64,000 bases of DNA from an uncultured Planctomycetota bacterium (GCA_963823665.1 CAWGMQ010000003.1:1-64000); one strand, 5' to 3'; counted from the stretch's first letter, positions 43,882-57,052 are shown. Program-made: numbers and translations. The notes: generated by a model not told the origin, from the letters alone.

Positions 43882-45589
43882 ACGTTGATGCGGCGCTTGC
43901 GCCTCTGGCTCGCGTGATGCGTTTGCGAGCGATTTCGGGTGGACAGCGAGGCGCGAACCGTCTCGCGTTGCCAGCGCCGAAGCACTGGGAATGGCTCGTG
44001 CTGGGGCTGCTTGCCACTTTCTTTGTCCTGGTCGGCGCGATCGACCTGGATCTCGGCCCCTCCGAGGCACGGCTGGGTTTGGCCGCCGGCGAACAGCCCG
44101 GACCTCTGGGCCAGGTCGTCGGATACTGGGCACCCGACTTGTGGCCGGCGAAGGTCGTGCCAAGCTACATCCTGGCGCTGATCGAGCCCGGAGGACGGCC
44201 CACTTCGGCGGCGGTTCGCTGGCCGGCGGCGATTGGCGGGAATCCTTGCCGGGTGGATCTTGTCGCGCAGGACGGCGCGTTTCATGGGGACCAGCGCGGG
44301 GCTCCTGGCTGGCTGTCTGCTGGTTCGGAAGCGTGGCTTTGATCGATCGCTCGAGCGCTCTGGGGATGGATTTCATCGTCGGGCTGGCGATCCTCGCCAC
44401 TCTCAGCCGATTGATGACCACCGGGCGTACGGACTGGATCGCCGGGCTCTGGGCGTCGCTGGCGTTCCTCGCGGGCGGGTTGCCGCCTCTGGTCATGATT
44501 GCGCTGGCGACGATCGTGATGGGTCGTGCAAACAAACCGATTCTCACTCTCGCTGCTCATGCCACCGCTTCTCACGTTGATCGCCTGGTCGGCGTGGACT
44601 TCCGCCACACTTTCGCCCGAAATCTGCGCCGGGCGCTCGGGTTGCCGTTCACTCAGAAACCGGAATGGTCGCTGGGCGCCCTGGTTCTGGTCCTGGGTCT
44701 TCCATTCAGTCCGTTCGCCGTCCTGGCGATCGCCCGCTCGACCCGAAGCGCATGGACTCCCGAGGCTCGGGCCTGGATGACGGCATGGTTTCAGGCGGCG
44801 GTCGCCAGCCTGATCGCCGGCTCGTTGGTGCCGGGTCTGGCGACGCCGGCGCGAGTGATCATGCTCGGCGCGATGGCGATGGGGGCCGCCGCCGGATTGG
44901 AATGCCGCGTGGAAGCAGTCGATCTCCCGCGCGGCGGGCCGCACGTTTCTTCGTTCTGTTCTCGATCGTGATGGCGATCTGGCTTTGCGTCATGATGTTC
45001 GGTAGCGTACGTCTGGACCTTATGCCTGGCTTATTATCGCGTGCTCGGCATCGGAATGGCTGTTCTCATCCTGGGCGTGGCCGCACTTTGCTGGCTGGCC
45101 CTGGCGATACGTCGTGCCCGGCTTGCCATTGCTCACGCTCGTGCTCGCCGCGGTCGGGCTCAAGTTCGCCTACTGGTGCTACTACGTGCCGGAGTGGAAC
45201 TATCGTTACAGTCAGGGACCGTGGGCGCGTGCGGTCGCTCAGTGGATTCCGCGCAAAGTGGACGTTATACGTTCTGCACGAGTGGCCGGCCGACTTCGAA
45301 TTCTTCACCAAGCGCACCGTCCGCCAGTTACATAGCCCCCATTTCCTCGAACACCAGGGCGGCAATGCGTCCAAGTTCGTGCTGCTGCTCGCCTCGGAGT
45401 TTGAGAACTGGCCCGCGACTGCACCGCCGATCACGCAGGTGGCAAGGTTCACAGACGCAGTCGGCCGGTGAGCGGATCCTGGCCCGAACGGCCGGCCCGA
45501 TTCCCCTGCCGCCCGGTCGCAACCACGCGTGGATCAGTTATCTTCGCAAGAACGCCGCGGCCGCCTCGCCGGATTCTGATCGACGTTGA
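43878..45589 (+). CDS. ArnT-like polytopic membrane protein (multiple frameshifts)
   Basis: Many TM segments across overlapping ORFs; start overlaps the phosphatase stop (ATGA). Confidence 0.6.
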
Positions 45590-45989
45590 GAGAATGAAGA
45601 TCGCCTCCGTTGCTCTCGGGGCTGCGGCGATACACTGACGAATGCATGCAGTCAAGTTCAAGATTCGTTAATGAAACCATAACTTCGGACGAATGTCACT
45701 TTGTCGCACGAGCGTCGTACTCATACCGTTAACGAGGAGCAGAAGACGAGTGCGCGCGTGGAACGGTATGCTCGAGTTGCGAACATTTTTCCCCTCAACA
45801 TCGGTCGACTGCGTAGAATGTTGATGAAGCTACATGATGGGATGGTCCCGCCGCGACAAAATGCTACGCTGGGGCAAAGTCATCACCTCGATTGCAATGA
45901 ATGATTGAGTCAATCTCCGCGACCGCCGTGGGTGCGCCTCATTCCCCAATAGGATCACCGGGGTTTTTCAAGAACAGATCGAGAGCGTC

Positions 45990-46871
45990 GTGATGCTCAC
46001 CAAGTTGAGAGAGCTATTTGCTTCGAGTGGATCAGGTGGCGCCTCTGGCGGATCGCGCCGGGTGAACCTCGAGAAGCGTTTCTCGATTGTCTCGGAGACT
46101 TCGCGCGGAAGCATGTCCAAGGTCTTTCGCGCGCTCGACAATCAGACCGGCAAGACGGTTTGCTTGAAAGTGCAATCTCGAGAAAAGAACGAAGCGGCCA
46201 CCGCCCGAGCTTCGGCCAAGGAAAGACGTCCCGTTCGAGGGGGAGATGGCCATTCATCTGGTGCACCCTCACATCGTTCGCACGTTCGAGTATGGGACGA
46301 CCAATCGCGGCGAGCACTTCCTGGTGATGGAATTCATCGACGGGGTCAGCTTTCAGTTCGTGCGCGAGACACGGTCGGCTCGCACGGCCGAAAAGGTCGA
46401 GCTGCTGGCCCAGGCCGCCGAAGCGCTCGCCTCACTCCACTCCGTCGGGTTTATCCATCACGACATCAATCCGCGGAATTTCCTGGTCAATCGCGAACAG
46501 CACGTCAAGATGATCGACTTCGGCCTGACCATTCCCAACCGGCCGGCGTTCTGCGGGCCCGGCAACCGTACCGGAACGGTGCAGTACATGGCCCCCGAGC
46601 TGTTGCGTCGGGAGGCGATCGACGAGCGGATCGACATCTTCGCCTTCGGCGTGATGGCATTCGAGTTCCTGACCGAGCGCCTGCCGTACGACGCCACCAA
46701 CAACGCCGCGCTGATGCTCCAGCGCATCAACGCCGAGCCGCTCGACCCGGCCCAGGTCAAGCCCCAGCTCTCGGAAGAGTTGTGCGCGTTGCTTCGCCAG
46801 CTGACGGCCAAGGAAGCCGCGAACAGCGCTTGGCGGATTTGAAAACCCTTCCCGAAGCCCTGCGGCAGTAG
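45990..46871 (+). CDS. Ser/Thr protein kinase (frameshifted)
   Basis: GSMSKVF, CLK, HPHIV, HHDINPRN, DFG, GTVQYMAPE. Confidence 0.85.
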   Translation: MMLTKLRELFASSGSGGASGGSRRVNLEKRFSIVSETSRGSMSKVFRALDNQTGKTVCLKVQSREKNEAATARASAKERRPVRGGDGHSSGAPSHRSHVRVWDDQSRRALPGDGIHRRGQLSVRARDTVGSHGRKGRAAGPGRRSARLTPLRRVYPSRHQSAEFPGQSRTARQDDRLRPDHSQPAGVLRARQPYRNGAVHGPRAVASGGDRRADRHLRLRRDGIRVPDRAPAVRRHQQRRADAPAHQRRAARPGPGQAPALGRVVRVASPADGQGSREQRLADLKTLPEALRQ

Positions 46872-46932
46872 TTCCGGTAAAGCGGCAAACAGGACCAAAG
46901 TAACGACTGTGCGGACTGGCGATAACTCCGGT

Positions 46933-47824
46933 CTACTGGCCGACGCGGGCCGCTTGAATGACACGCGGGTGTTTGGCGTGGTCGAACACCGTCGGGGCCA
47001 GCTTCAGCCCCGGCTGTTTCTCGATCAAGGCGCGTACCGGCAATTCCTGCGCGCTGCCGATCTCCAGGATGAGGTGCCCGCCCGGCCGCAGGTGCGCGGG
47101 CGCGTCCTCGATCAAGCGCGAGACCACCACCAGGCCGCCTGGCCCGCCGTCAAGGGCCAGTCGCGGCTCGTAGTCCTTCACGCCCGCTTCAAGTTGATCG
47201 ATCTCATCGCTTGCAATGTAGGGAGGGTTGGCGATGATCGCGTCGAAACCGTCTTCACCGCCAAGCGGCTCGAGCCCGATCACCCAGCCGAAAGTCGATG
47301 CGATCGGCCACGCCAAGCTCGGCGGCATTCGCCTCTGGCGACCGCCAGCGCTCGCTCGCTGATGTCGATCGCAACGAAGTGTGCCCCTGGCTGACGGTGC
47401 ACCGAGGCGATGGCCAGGCAGCCCGAACCGGTCCCGACATCGACACACCGCGGCGACTCGATCGCCTCGGGTTGCAGTCAGGTATTCGGTCACGACGAAT
47501 TCCGATTCCGGACGCGGGATCAATACATCCGGAGACACGGTAAACGACAGCGAGAAGAATTCCTTGCGGCCGACGAGGTAGGCCACCGGCGCCCCCGCTG
47601 CTCGCCTCTGCACAAGCTCGCGGAACGCCTTCCGCGCCGGCTCAGCCACCTCATCGTTGAAATGCGTGTAGAGCTCGACCCGCTGCGTCTCAAGCGCGTG
47701 AGCCAGCATGACCTCCGCGTCCAGGCGCGGGCTCTCAGACCCCTTTCGCTTGAGGAAATCGGTGGTCCAGCCGAGCAATCGCCCGATCGGTCCAGGCCGT
47801 CGTCGCCGGGCTTCTCCGGTTCAT
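46933..47824 (-). CDS. prmC: Release factor glutamine methyltransferase (frameshifted)
   Basis: PRLDAEVMLAH, VLIPRPE, NPPY, EPRLALDGG; downstream of prfA. Confidence 0.92.
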
Positions 47825-47910
47825 CCCGCGCGGTTGTCGTGCGTCTTGCATCGATCACGGTGAAGAGACCCCACTCCGTTCTCGCCTCGCAAGCGAGTCT
47901 GCCGCCTTGG

Positions 47911-48983
47911 TCACGCCAGGTCGCCTAGCTGTTCGCGCCGGTCGTGCTCGATCAGGGCGCTCGTCAGGGCGAGTAGGTCACCTTGGATGATCTGGTCCAG
48001 ATTGTACAGCGTCAGACCGATCCGATGATCGGTCATGCGGTTCTGAGGAAAATTATACGTGCGAATTCTCTGCGAGCGATCCCCAGATCCCATCAGTTTT
48101 CGGCGTGCTTCGTCGCGCTCGTTCCGCGCCGACTCGCGCATCTGGTCAAACAGCCGGCTGCGCAAGATCCGCATGGCCTTGGACTTGTTCTTGTGCTGGC
48201 TCCTTTCGTCCCGGCAATTGACGACCACGCCGGTGGGAAGATGGGTAATCCGGACGCCGCTTTCGGTCTTGTTCTGGTGCTGGCCGCCCGGCCCGCCGGC
48301 ACGCATGACGTCGATGAGGAGATCCTCCGGCCGGATCACGATGTCGACCTCTTCGGGCTCGGGAAGCACGACGACGGTCGCGGCCGAGGTGTGAATGCGC
48401 CCCTGGGCTTCGGTTTCGGGCACGCGTTGAACGCGATGGCCGCCGCTTTCAAACTGAATGTGGCGAAATGCGCGTGTCGCCGCTCAAGCTGAAGGAAACC
48501 TCGCGGAAGCCCGCCAGCTCGGTCGCTTCCATGTCGAGCATCTCGAACTTCCACCCCATTCTCTCGGCGAACCGGCGATACATCTCGTACAGGTCGCGTG
48601 CGAAGAGCGCCGCTTCTTCTCCACCGGTACCCGCCCGGATCTCCAGGATCACGGCCGCGTGCATGGCCCCGGCCTTTCGGTCGTAGAGCAAGTCGCGAAG
48701 TGCCTCACCTTCGCTCGCCTCCTTGTCTCGCAGCGCGGCCAGCTCGGCCTCGGCGTAACGACCGCATTTCGGGGTCGCTTTCGTGCTTGCAAACCTCCTC
48801 TGCCTCGGAAATCTGGCGGCCGAGATCGAGATAGCGCCCGTAACCGAGGGCGAGCTTCGCGAGCGAGCCCCGTTCCTTCGAGAGCGCGCGGACCTGACGT
48901 GCGTCAGACGTCACTTCCGGGTCAAGCAACGCTCGCTCGATTTCCAGAAATCGCTGATAATCCGCCTGGAGTTTCTCGAACAT
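47911..48983 (-). CDS. prfA: Peptide chain release factor 1 (frameshifted)
   Basis: [26 protein letters not shown] (PxT), [14 protein letters not shown]. Confidence 0.95.
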
Positions 48984-49111
48984 GAGAGTTCCCGGCGACG
49001 TCGCCGGCGCATTCCGGACTGGCGGCCGACTGAGCGAAACGCAGAACGGCCCGCGGTCCGATCGTCTTGACCGGGTCGCGGGCCGTCGCCGTGAAACGTC
49101 GAGTTGAGGCG

Positions 49112-49361
49112 CTAGGTCTTCTCTGCCAGCGGGCGCCGCAGCACCCTTCTTGCCCTTGCCGTAGGTCCCTTGGAACTTCTTGTTGAAACGATCGACGCGC
49201 CCCGCGGCATCGACAAACTTGACCGAGCCGGTGAAGTACGGGTGGCACTTCGAGCACACTTCAACCGCGATCTTGGCTTTGGTGCTGCGTGTGTTGAACG
49301 TGTTGCCGCATCCGCAGGTAACGACGCAGTCCTGATACTTGGGGTGAATTCCGTCTTTCAT
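49112..49361 (-). CDS. rpmE: 50S ribosomal protein L31 (zinc-binding type; stop position uncertain)
   Basis: [30 protein letters not shown]. Confidence 0.95.
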
Positions 49362-49411
49362 TGATCTCTACTTGCTAAACAGAGGTTTGCGTTGGTTTGT
49401 GGCCGGGTGAA

Positions 49412-49968
49412 TCACTTCTTGGCGTCGAGCAGCGAGCTGATCGCCTTCTCGACTTCGTCGTAAGTGAACTGGTTATCGGGGTCGTCCATCGTGAATCGTT
49501 TCACTTCCTTCCCATCGGGCCCATACACGAATACGGCGGGAATCGTGTTGACGTGAAACTTCTCGAAGCCCCCGCCCTCGCCTTCATCAAGAAGGATGTT
49601 GATGATATTCGACTTCTTGGATTCGAGGAACTTCATGGCCTCTTTGACGGCGGCTTCGTCTTCGGGATCATCGAATGAGAGCGAGATGACTTGCAGGCCC
49701 TTGTCGGCGAATTTCTTGTGCATCTCGAGCACGTGCGAGAAGTTCTCCTTGCAGGGACCGCACGTCGTCGCCCAGGCGTCGACCAGGGTGTACTTGATCT
49801 TCTGGTTCTCGGCCAAGCGGGCCTGGAGCTGTTTCCAGTTCAGCCGCTCGAGCTTGACTTTACCGCTTCGAGTCGCCGTCGTCTGACCGACCGGTACGAG
49901 CCACAGACCCCAACCACGCCACCCGCGATCAAAACGACCAGCACCAGGTATCGAGCCATTGGGTTCAT
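49412..49968 (-). CDS. TlpA-family thioredoxin-like protein (frameshift near 5' end)
   Basis: Signal MNPMARYLVLVVLIAG; DAWATTCGPC. Confidence 0.8.
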
Positions 49969-50085
49969 CGAAGTTCTTTCTCAATGAATAACGCCGCCGA
50001 GCCGATCGCTCGGCCCGGCAGCTATCAAATTGATCGTACATCACGATCAGCGAATCAAGCAAGCACGATGCGCCCGGGCACGTGC

Positions 50086-50704
50086 TCATTTCGCTCCTCT
50101 TGTAGACAACGTTGCAACCCTGGGGCTGGGTCTCTTCGACCGGAGGCGTCTCACCCTTCAGCAGGGCCTCGACCGCGTCTTTCAGATAGGTCTTCGTGAC
50201 CTTGTCTTCACGCTGGCTGTTGTCCATCGCACCTAGGTAGCGGATCTTCCGCTCCTTGTCGAAGACGAAGAACTGCGGCGTGTTGGTCGCACCATACGCA
50301 CGGCCGATCTTCTGGCTTTCGTCATAGCCGTAGACGTAGTTCGACTTGTGATCCTTCATGTAGTCCTTGATGGCCGGAATGCGGTCATCGTCGCGGTCAT
50401 TGACGCTCACGCCCACGACCTTCACGCCCTTGTCCTTGTAGGCCGCCGTGAACTCGATCAAACGATCTTCGTACGCCTTGACGACCGGGCAGTGATTGCC
50501 CAGGAAGACCAGAACGACGACCGGCTCCTTGATGTCGGTCAACGTCAGACGCTGGTGTCTTCGCCGTTCTCGACAGCCGGAAGGCCCGAGAACTCAGGCG
50601 CCTTGTCGCCGAGCAGCGACCTTCTTGTTGAACTTCCCCGGGCCGCCGAGGGCCGGCATGGCGATCAGCGAAAGAACCACGAGACCCAATGCAAATTTTC
50701 GCAT
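50086..50704 (-). CDS. AhpC/TSA-family thioredoxin-like protein (frameshifted)
   Basis: MRKFALGLVV signal; FLGNHCPVV; YGATNTPQFF; YLGAMD; TQPQGC. Confidence 0.85.
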
Positions 50705-51164
50705 CGATGCAAACTCCTGTTGAGACTCACGATCGGACGGGACTGCGAATGTGCCTTCCCGCCAATCAACCACTCAGTGCTTTCGTCGAACCCTGATTTC
50801 GGACTGGAGCATCCAACCAAGGCTTGGACCCTGCGTGTTCCCGATGCCAGACCCGTCTTGAATGCCCGCTGCCCCAATGCGGACCGATCGCTTCACATTC
50901 ACTCCACGCATGGAACCAAGCACGAATTCTCGAGGGGCTCGATCTGCGCGGGATCGACTCAGGATCGATTATAAAAGGCGTCAAACGCTAGTCAACCGTC
51001 CCTGAAACAGTTCATGGACCCTTCAAATTCTCTTAGTCGATCGAAAAAATGATATTCGGGGTGCCAGAGGAGGCGATTTCGCCTGCCTCTGCACCCCGAG
51101 TGATCAGTCACGTCACGTCACGATCAGTGCGCCAGCCAAATTCCTCACCGGCTCAAGCACGCGG

Positions 51165-51881
51165 TCACTTCTCGATCCGTGAATTCTGGATCGTGTCTTC
51201 TTCTCGGTGCTCGACGAAGTGCCACGAGATCTCCTTGACCACGATCTTCACGAACGTGTGGGCGAACGCACTACGGCTCGTCCCCGAGTCAATCGGCAGC
51301 GGCCCGCGGTTCGGGAAAGTGCTCTCCGCGTAACCATCGTAGATGTTGTGGGATTCCTTGGGCTGGTCCTTGATCGGTTTGTCCCGGCTGTTCTTGGGGT
51401 AATCCAGCTCGAACACCTGGATGTGCACCTTCGACTCGCCATGCACCATGTTCAGATCGCCTGGCGACTGCGACTGGAATTGCTCGACCTCGAGGAAAAT
51501 CGCGACATCCGCCCCGAAGTCTCGAGCCGCGTCGGCGGGCTCGGTCCAGTGCGGGTGGGCCTCAACCCAGGTCGCGACCTTGTCCGGCTCGACGATCGTG
51601 ATCTTCTTGATCTTCTTCCGCAGGATGTCAGCCAGGATGCGAGGTACATCGCGATCGAGCGACGGATATTCCCCCGCAGCCGACGATGTGACGTTGCACA
51701 GGATCACGACCTTCTTCCCTTCGAGCTGCGGAGATCCCTCAGGAGGAGGGATGGTCGATTCGAACGGCTGGAGGAAGTAGGCGAGGGTCCGCGGGTCACA
51801 TCCACAGACCGCGATCAAGCCGCCGGCAACCAGCACGATTCTCGCGGCGATCTGAAACCTCGTGCGAATTCGAGGGGTCAT
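51165..51881 (-). CDS. Putative lipoprotein
   Basis: Signal peptide with lipobox-like AVCGC; 238-aa ORF. Confidence 0.7.
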   Translation of the reverse strand: MTPRIRTRFQIAARIVLVAGGLIAVCGCDPRTLAYFLQPFESTIPPPEGSPQLEGKKVVILCNVTSSAAGEYPSLDRDVPRILADILRKKIKKITIVEPDKVATWVEAHPHWTEPADAARDFGADVAIFLEVEQFQSQSPGDLNMVHGESKVHIQVFELDYPKNSRDKPIKDQPKESHNIYDGYAESTFPNRGPLPIDSGTSRSAFAHTFVKIVVKEISWHFVEHREEDTIQNSRIEK

Positions 51882-52459
51882 CCGTCCCCCCTCCTTCCTT
51901 GATTAATGATCAGAACCCTGTTCCGGCTATGGCGCTCTCGGCCAAACCCCTGCCCGACCGGAACGGCGGGCGAGACGATCAATCGCACCAACCAGGTCGC
52001 GACGCTCAGTAGGACGGCCGCGACAATTACAATCACCAGCGGCCTCGACAGCGACTTGAACCCGCACGGTTGGTTCGCAACCGCGCTCGCCGCCAGCCAG
52101 AAAATGAGCGGAACCGACAGCATGGCAAACATGCACCCCGCCGGATTCGCCTGCCATGACCTGTCGAATCGGCCTCGCGCAACCCAGGCAAACGCGGTCG
52201 TCATCCCGCATGTCGGACACGGCCTCCCCGTCGATGTCATGAACGAGCAAGGCTGCAATCCGAGCTGCGTGTGCGTGCCGAATCCGCTTGGATCGGGCTC
52301 CAGCTTCCTCGCCAGGACCAAAAGCCCCAGTATCACGGCCGCCGCCACCAACAGCGAACACCGGATCGGCCAACCCAATGGATGAACCGCACGCGGTCGC
52401 AGGTTCACGGTTGGCCCCCGTCCAAGAAGACATGCACGCGCCGGCGCGCCTGAAAGCAA
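51878..52459 (-). CDS. DUF2752-like membrane protein
   Basis: GTHTQLGLQPC..PCPTCGMTTAF..ANPAG. Confidence 0.8.
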   Translation of the reverse strand: MLSGAPARACLLGRGPTVNLRPRAVHPLGWPIRCSLLVAAAVILGLLVLARKLEPDPSGFGTHTQLGLQPCSFMTSTGRPCPTCGMTTAFAWVARGRFDRSWQANPAGCMFAMLSVPLIFWLAASAVANQPCGFKSLSRPLVIVIVAAVLLSVATWLVRLIVSPAVPVGQGFGRERHSRNRVLIINQGRRGDG

Positions 52460-52591
52460 GGGCCTGGAAAGGAAGGCGGACGTTACTCGAAACGCAAAAT
52501 CCAGGCAAGAGGAATCCGGAGCTCAAATCAAATTCCCAGCGGCCGCGCCTGCTCTACCAGTCTACGATCGACCAGCTCGCCGTTTCCACCC

Positions 52592-53259
52592 TCAAAGCGA
52601 TTCCACCCACGCCTCGGCTTCAAGCATGGCTTCTTGCATCCGCCGCTCGACCTCCCTGCGGCACGACTTCAAGCGTATCGCGGTCGGCGTCTGGCGGCAC
52701 GATCGACTGCCTCCGGCACGACGCAAGCCGCTGGACTGAACGGTCGAGGGACGGCGAATCGGTCCCAGCTCCTGGCTCTCCACGGCTTCTTGAACGCCAT
52801 TCCCGCCCCCACGATCGGGAAGGCCGTGCGGCTCGCAAGGTAGGCAACTCCCTGGTGAACCGACCGCCGCGGACCCCGCGGACCATCCGGCGTCACGCAC
52901 AGATGTCCCCGGTCAATGCGCAGGCTCATCTCCCGCAGCGCCCGCGCACCGCCCCGGGTCGTCGAGCCGCGAACCACGCTGAAGCCCAGCCGCCTGATCA
53001 CCTGCGTGATCAGCTCGCCATCCCGATGCTCGCTGATCAGAATGTGCATCTCGGGCCAGTTCCAGTAATAGGCCGGAAACAACATCACTTCGTGAAAGAA
53101 CGCGTAGATGTAGCGCTGGCCCGTCGACTTCGCGACCTCGGGGGCGACAGCCGGGTCCTTGTACCGAAAATGGTACTTGAGCGTCCGGCCAAGCCGCCGC
53201 ACGAAAGCGGCCCCGCCCGCGCCGATCGCCCGCACCAGAAGCGGATGCTCGATTTTCAT
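52592..53259 (-). CDS. DUF374 / lysophospholipid acyltransferase-like protein (frameshift near 3' end)
   Basis: ISEHRDGE, VRGSTTRGG, TPDGPRGP, SWDRFAVPRPFS. Confidence 0.85.
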
Positions 53260-53455
53260 GCGATGCCGGTAATCTCATGCCGCTCGTCTGTCGCCCTGGG
53301 CGGTCCTGGGTTACCGCGACGGCCTACATTCCGCCGGCAACGAAGAGCCGCCGCATTAAAGCAGAATCTCGCCGCAGGGCCAGATCAGAAATGGGCAGCA
53401 GCGATCGCATGCCCGCCCCGACATCCGACTTCGCTCGAACACCCGTGCCGCGGGA

Positions 53456-56012
53456 TCACGGCGGCGGGCTATCCTTGCGGCCGTTGGGAAGCCTGTTACG
53501 AACGCCCCGTGGGGCAACCTTCTCCGGGAGCGCGCACTGCGCGTTCGTCTTGGCGCCGGCTGCCGGTATGGCGAAGAGATAGCCGACGACGTCCGAAAGC
53601 GTATCGACGAGCCGAAGGGTCAGGTCGGCCTTGACCTCCGCGGGAATGTCCACCAGGTCTTTCTCGTTGTGGCGCGGCAAGAGAACGATCTCGATGCCGG
53701 CCCGCCGTGCCGCCAGGATCTTCTCCCGCACGCCGCCGACGGGCAGCACTCTCCCGGTCAGCGTCACCTCTCCGGTCATCGCCAGATTCGGCACAATCGG
53801 CAGGGCTCGGAAGAAGCTGATCAGCGCGGCGGTGATCGCCACGCCCGCCGACGGACCATCCTTCGGGACGGCCCCGGCCGGCACGTGGATGTGCAGGTCC
53901 GTCTTGCCGAAGCGCGACGCATCGAGCGACAGCGCCTTGGCATTGCTGCGCAGGTAGCTGAGCGCGGCCTGGGCACTTTCCCGCATGGACTCGCCGAGCA
54001 AGCCGGTCAGCGTCAAGCTCCCCTTGCCGGTCATGCCGCTCGTCTCGATGAACAGGATCTCGCCGCCGGCCGGCGTCCAGGCCAGGCCCGTGGCGACTCC
54101 CGGCACGCCGGTCCGATCAGCCAGCTCGCGGAAGAACCGTGACGGCCCCAGCAGCTCGGCGGTATCCGCTGGCTCGACCTTGGTCGGCCCTTTCTGGCCC
54201 GTCCGCGCGGCGGCGGGCAACCTTGCGGCAGATGGCAGCAATCTCGCGCTCCAGGTTCCGCAGCCCGGCCTCCCGCGTGTAATCGGCGATGATCTTGCGG
54301 ATCGCCGCATCGGTGATCGAGAGGTCCTTGGCTTCGAGACCGTGTTGCTCGAGCTGCTTGGGTATGATGTACTTCTGCGCGATCTGCGTCTTTTCCTCCT
54401 CGCTGTAACCGGGAAGCTGCAACACTTCGAGCCGGTCCAGCAGCGGCGAAGGGATGGTCTCGAGCATGTTCGCAGTTGCAATGAACATCACCTTCGACAG
54501 ATCGAAATCAACGTCGAGGTAGTGGTCGCGGAAGGTCGAATTCTGTTCCGGGTCGAGCACCTCCAGGAGCGCCGCCGACGGGTCGCCGCGGAAATCCGCC
54601 CCCAGCTTGTCGACTTCGTCGAGCATGAACACGGGGTTGTTCGTCCCCGCCTTGCGGATCCCCTGAATCACACGACCGGGCAAGGCGGCCACATAGGTGC
54701 GACGGTGCCCTCGGATCTCCGCCTCGTCGTGCACCCCCCCCAGGCTCACCCGCACGAATTCACGGCCAAGCGCCTTGGCGATGCTTTTGCCTAGCGAGGT
54801 TTTGCCGGTTCCGGGCGGGCCGGCCAGGCACAGAATCGGCCCTTTCATGTCTCGCTTCAGCTTGCGCACCGCCAGGTATTCGAGAATCCGCTCCTTGATC
54901 TTCTCCAGGTCAAAATGGTCGTCGTCCAGCACCCGGCGCGCCCGCCTCAGGTCGAGGCGATCGCGGCTCGCCTTGCTCCACGGAAGAATCGCCAGCCAGT
55001 CCAGATACGTGCGCACGATCGAGTATTCCGCCGAGCTCGGGTGCATTCCCGAAAGCCGCTCCAGCTCACGCTCGGCCTCGCCCAGCACTTCCTGCGGCGG
55101 ATTCGCTTTCTTGATCCGCTCCCACATCTCTGCGACGTCGGGGTTCTCCCCCTCGCTTTCACCAAGCTCCTCCTGGATCGCCTTGAGCTGCTGGCGCAAG
55201 AAATGGTCGCGCTGGGCCTTGGTCAGCTCGCTGCCAACCTGCTCCTGGATCTTGGTCGAGAGCTCGAGGATCGCTAGCTGACGAGACAGGTATTGCCCCA
55301 GCCGCTCCAGACGAGCCCGCACGTTGATCTCACACAGCAGGCTCTGCTTCTCCTCGATCGTGAACGGAAGGCTCGACGCCAGCAGATCGGCCAGCCGGCC
55401 CGGCTCCTTGGTGTTGATCGCCGCAACTTGCAGCTCCTCCGGAATCTGCTGGCTCTGGTCCACCATCCGCTGAAAAAACCGGTTGACGTGATGCACGAGC
55501 GCATCCAGCTCGACACCCCCCTCGACGATGTCTTCATACGGCTCGATCCGCCCGATCAGATAGGGCTCCGTCTGCACCAGACCCACCAGCCGCGCCCGAT
55601 GCTGGCCCTGGCAGACGATCCGCGTCGAGCCATCGGGGAACTTGAGCATCTTCAGGATCAAACCGACGCATACGACCGGATAAAGATCGTCGATTCCCGG
55701 CGCGTCCGTCTCCGGATGAAGCTGACTCACTAACCCGACCATCCGCTCGCCCACCATGCAATCGTCAATCAACCGGATACCGCTGGGCCGGTTGACGACC
55801 AGCGGAACGACCGTCTGCGGAAAGACCACATCCGACCGCAGCGGCAAGAGCGGAATCTGGCACGGCTGCAGAGCCTGGTCATCCTCGCGCTCCGACAGCA
55901 CGAGGAGCCCACCGGCCTGGCCGGCTTTGCGGACCCGTTCCTCCACTGTCGGCACAACCGATTCGCCCGACGGCTTCCTCGGCTTTCTCGTTCGCGTTTT
56001 TCTTGGAGACAT
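53456..56012 (-). CDS. lon: ATP-dependent Lon protease (1 frameshift)
   Basis: LPLRSDVVFP, GPPGTGKTS, DEVDK, HIHVPAGAVPKDGPSAG, GGVREK. Confidence 0.97.
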
Positions 56013-56239
56013 GGCGGCTTTCTGAATAGACCACGACCGCACGATCGCGGATGAATGATGATGATGAGGTCGGACGCCCTCCCACCCCCGGTCGGACCGT
56101 ACATGATTGTGGTTCGACGCCCCGAAAGAAAGGGATGACCTCACCCACATCATAGAATCAATCACACATCCCCGCGACCGTCAAACGGGCGGTTCTTTCT
56201 ACGTCGCGCCCGCCCCCCCGGTGCGCGGAGCTTCCGTCT

Positions 56240-57052
56240 CTACTTCCTCCACCACTCGTCTTCTTGATAAAGCCCCATCGAGTGTGCTTGGTGGAGCGTC
56301 TGCAAAACCTGATAGTTGACGAACGCGAAGTAGCCGAAGAAGACAGTCAGGAAAATGTCCTTCGTGAGCTGATACACCACAAGCGCGAGCCCGCCTGCAA
56401 CCAGAAGTGAAACAATATGGCTCCAGCGCTGCCCTCGATGGCGATCGTACAGCGACAGCAGAATCTGCGTCGCTTGCCCGCCGTCCAGCGGCCAGATCGG
56501 CAGCAGATTGAGCAATCCCCAGAAGAGATTGATCAACATCAAGAACAGATAAGCATAGGCAGTATAATAAGTTGCACCCTCCGCCCCGAGAGTCACGGCG
56601 ATCTTGTCATGAACCCCGCCGAATCCGCTTCCCGTTCCCAGCCCGACGATCGCTCCTGCCGCTTGAACGTGTTCCAGCGGTGTGATCCTGAAGAACAGCG
56701 TGCCCAGCAGCATGACCAATCCCAGCAGCAAGAACCCCGCACCCGGCCCCGCAAGCACCACAGCCAACCGCTCGCGCGGCGTCTGCCGCTCTCCCTGACT
56801 GTAACAAAGGCCACCCATTCCCCACAGCACGATCGATGGTGTACACCCGAACGCTTTCGACATCAGGGCGTGCCCATACTCGTGCACCGTTATCGACACG
56901 AACACGCACAACACCCAGAGCAACACCACCGGGAGATTATTTTCGCGCCAACCCAGCACCGCCGCGACCGCCCAGAATAGCGGGTGAATCCGCACTGGCA
57001 CATCCAGCAGGCGAAACTTCAGGTCGAACGGGGTCTCGGCCAGGCCAACCAT
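56240..57052 (-). CDS. Site-2 protease (M50) family metalloprotease
   Basis: HEYGH, LAGPG, NLLPIWPLDGG. Confidence 0.92.
   Translation of the reverse strand: MVGLAETPFDLKFRLLDVPVRIHPLFWAVAAVLGWRENNLPVVLLWVLCVFVSITVHEYGHALMSKAFGCTPSIVLWGMGGLCYSQGERQTPRERLAVVLAGPGAGFLLLGLVMLLGTLFFRITPLEHVQAAGAIVGLGTGSGFGGVHDKIAVTLGAEGATYYTAYAYLFLMLINLFWGLLNLLPIWPLDGGQATQILLSLYDRHRGQRWSHIVSLLVAGGLALVVYQLTKDIFLTVFFGYFAFVNYQVLQTLHQAHSMGLYQEDEWWRK

Noticed and set aside
49412..50542. 376-aa double-thioredoxin fusion in the ORF track
   Set aside because: The linker is not protein-like, and a separate signal-peptide start (49968) and a near-frame stop (50086) exist. Likely two genes merged by indels.
46933..56012. 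Frameshifts in prmC, prfA, rpmE and lon as programmed frameshifting or pseudogenisation
   Set aside because: Indels are spread across the whole window, including essential genes. Programmed frameshifting is known for prfB, not prfA. Sequencing or consensus error is the simpler explanation.
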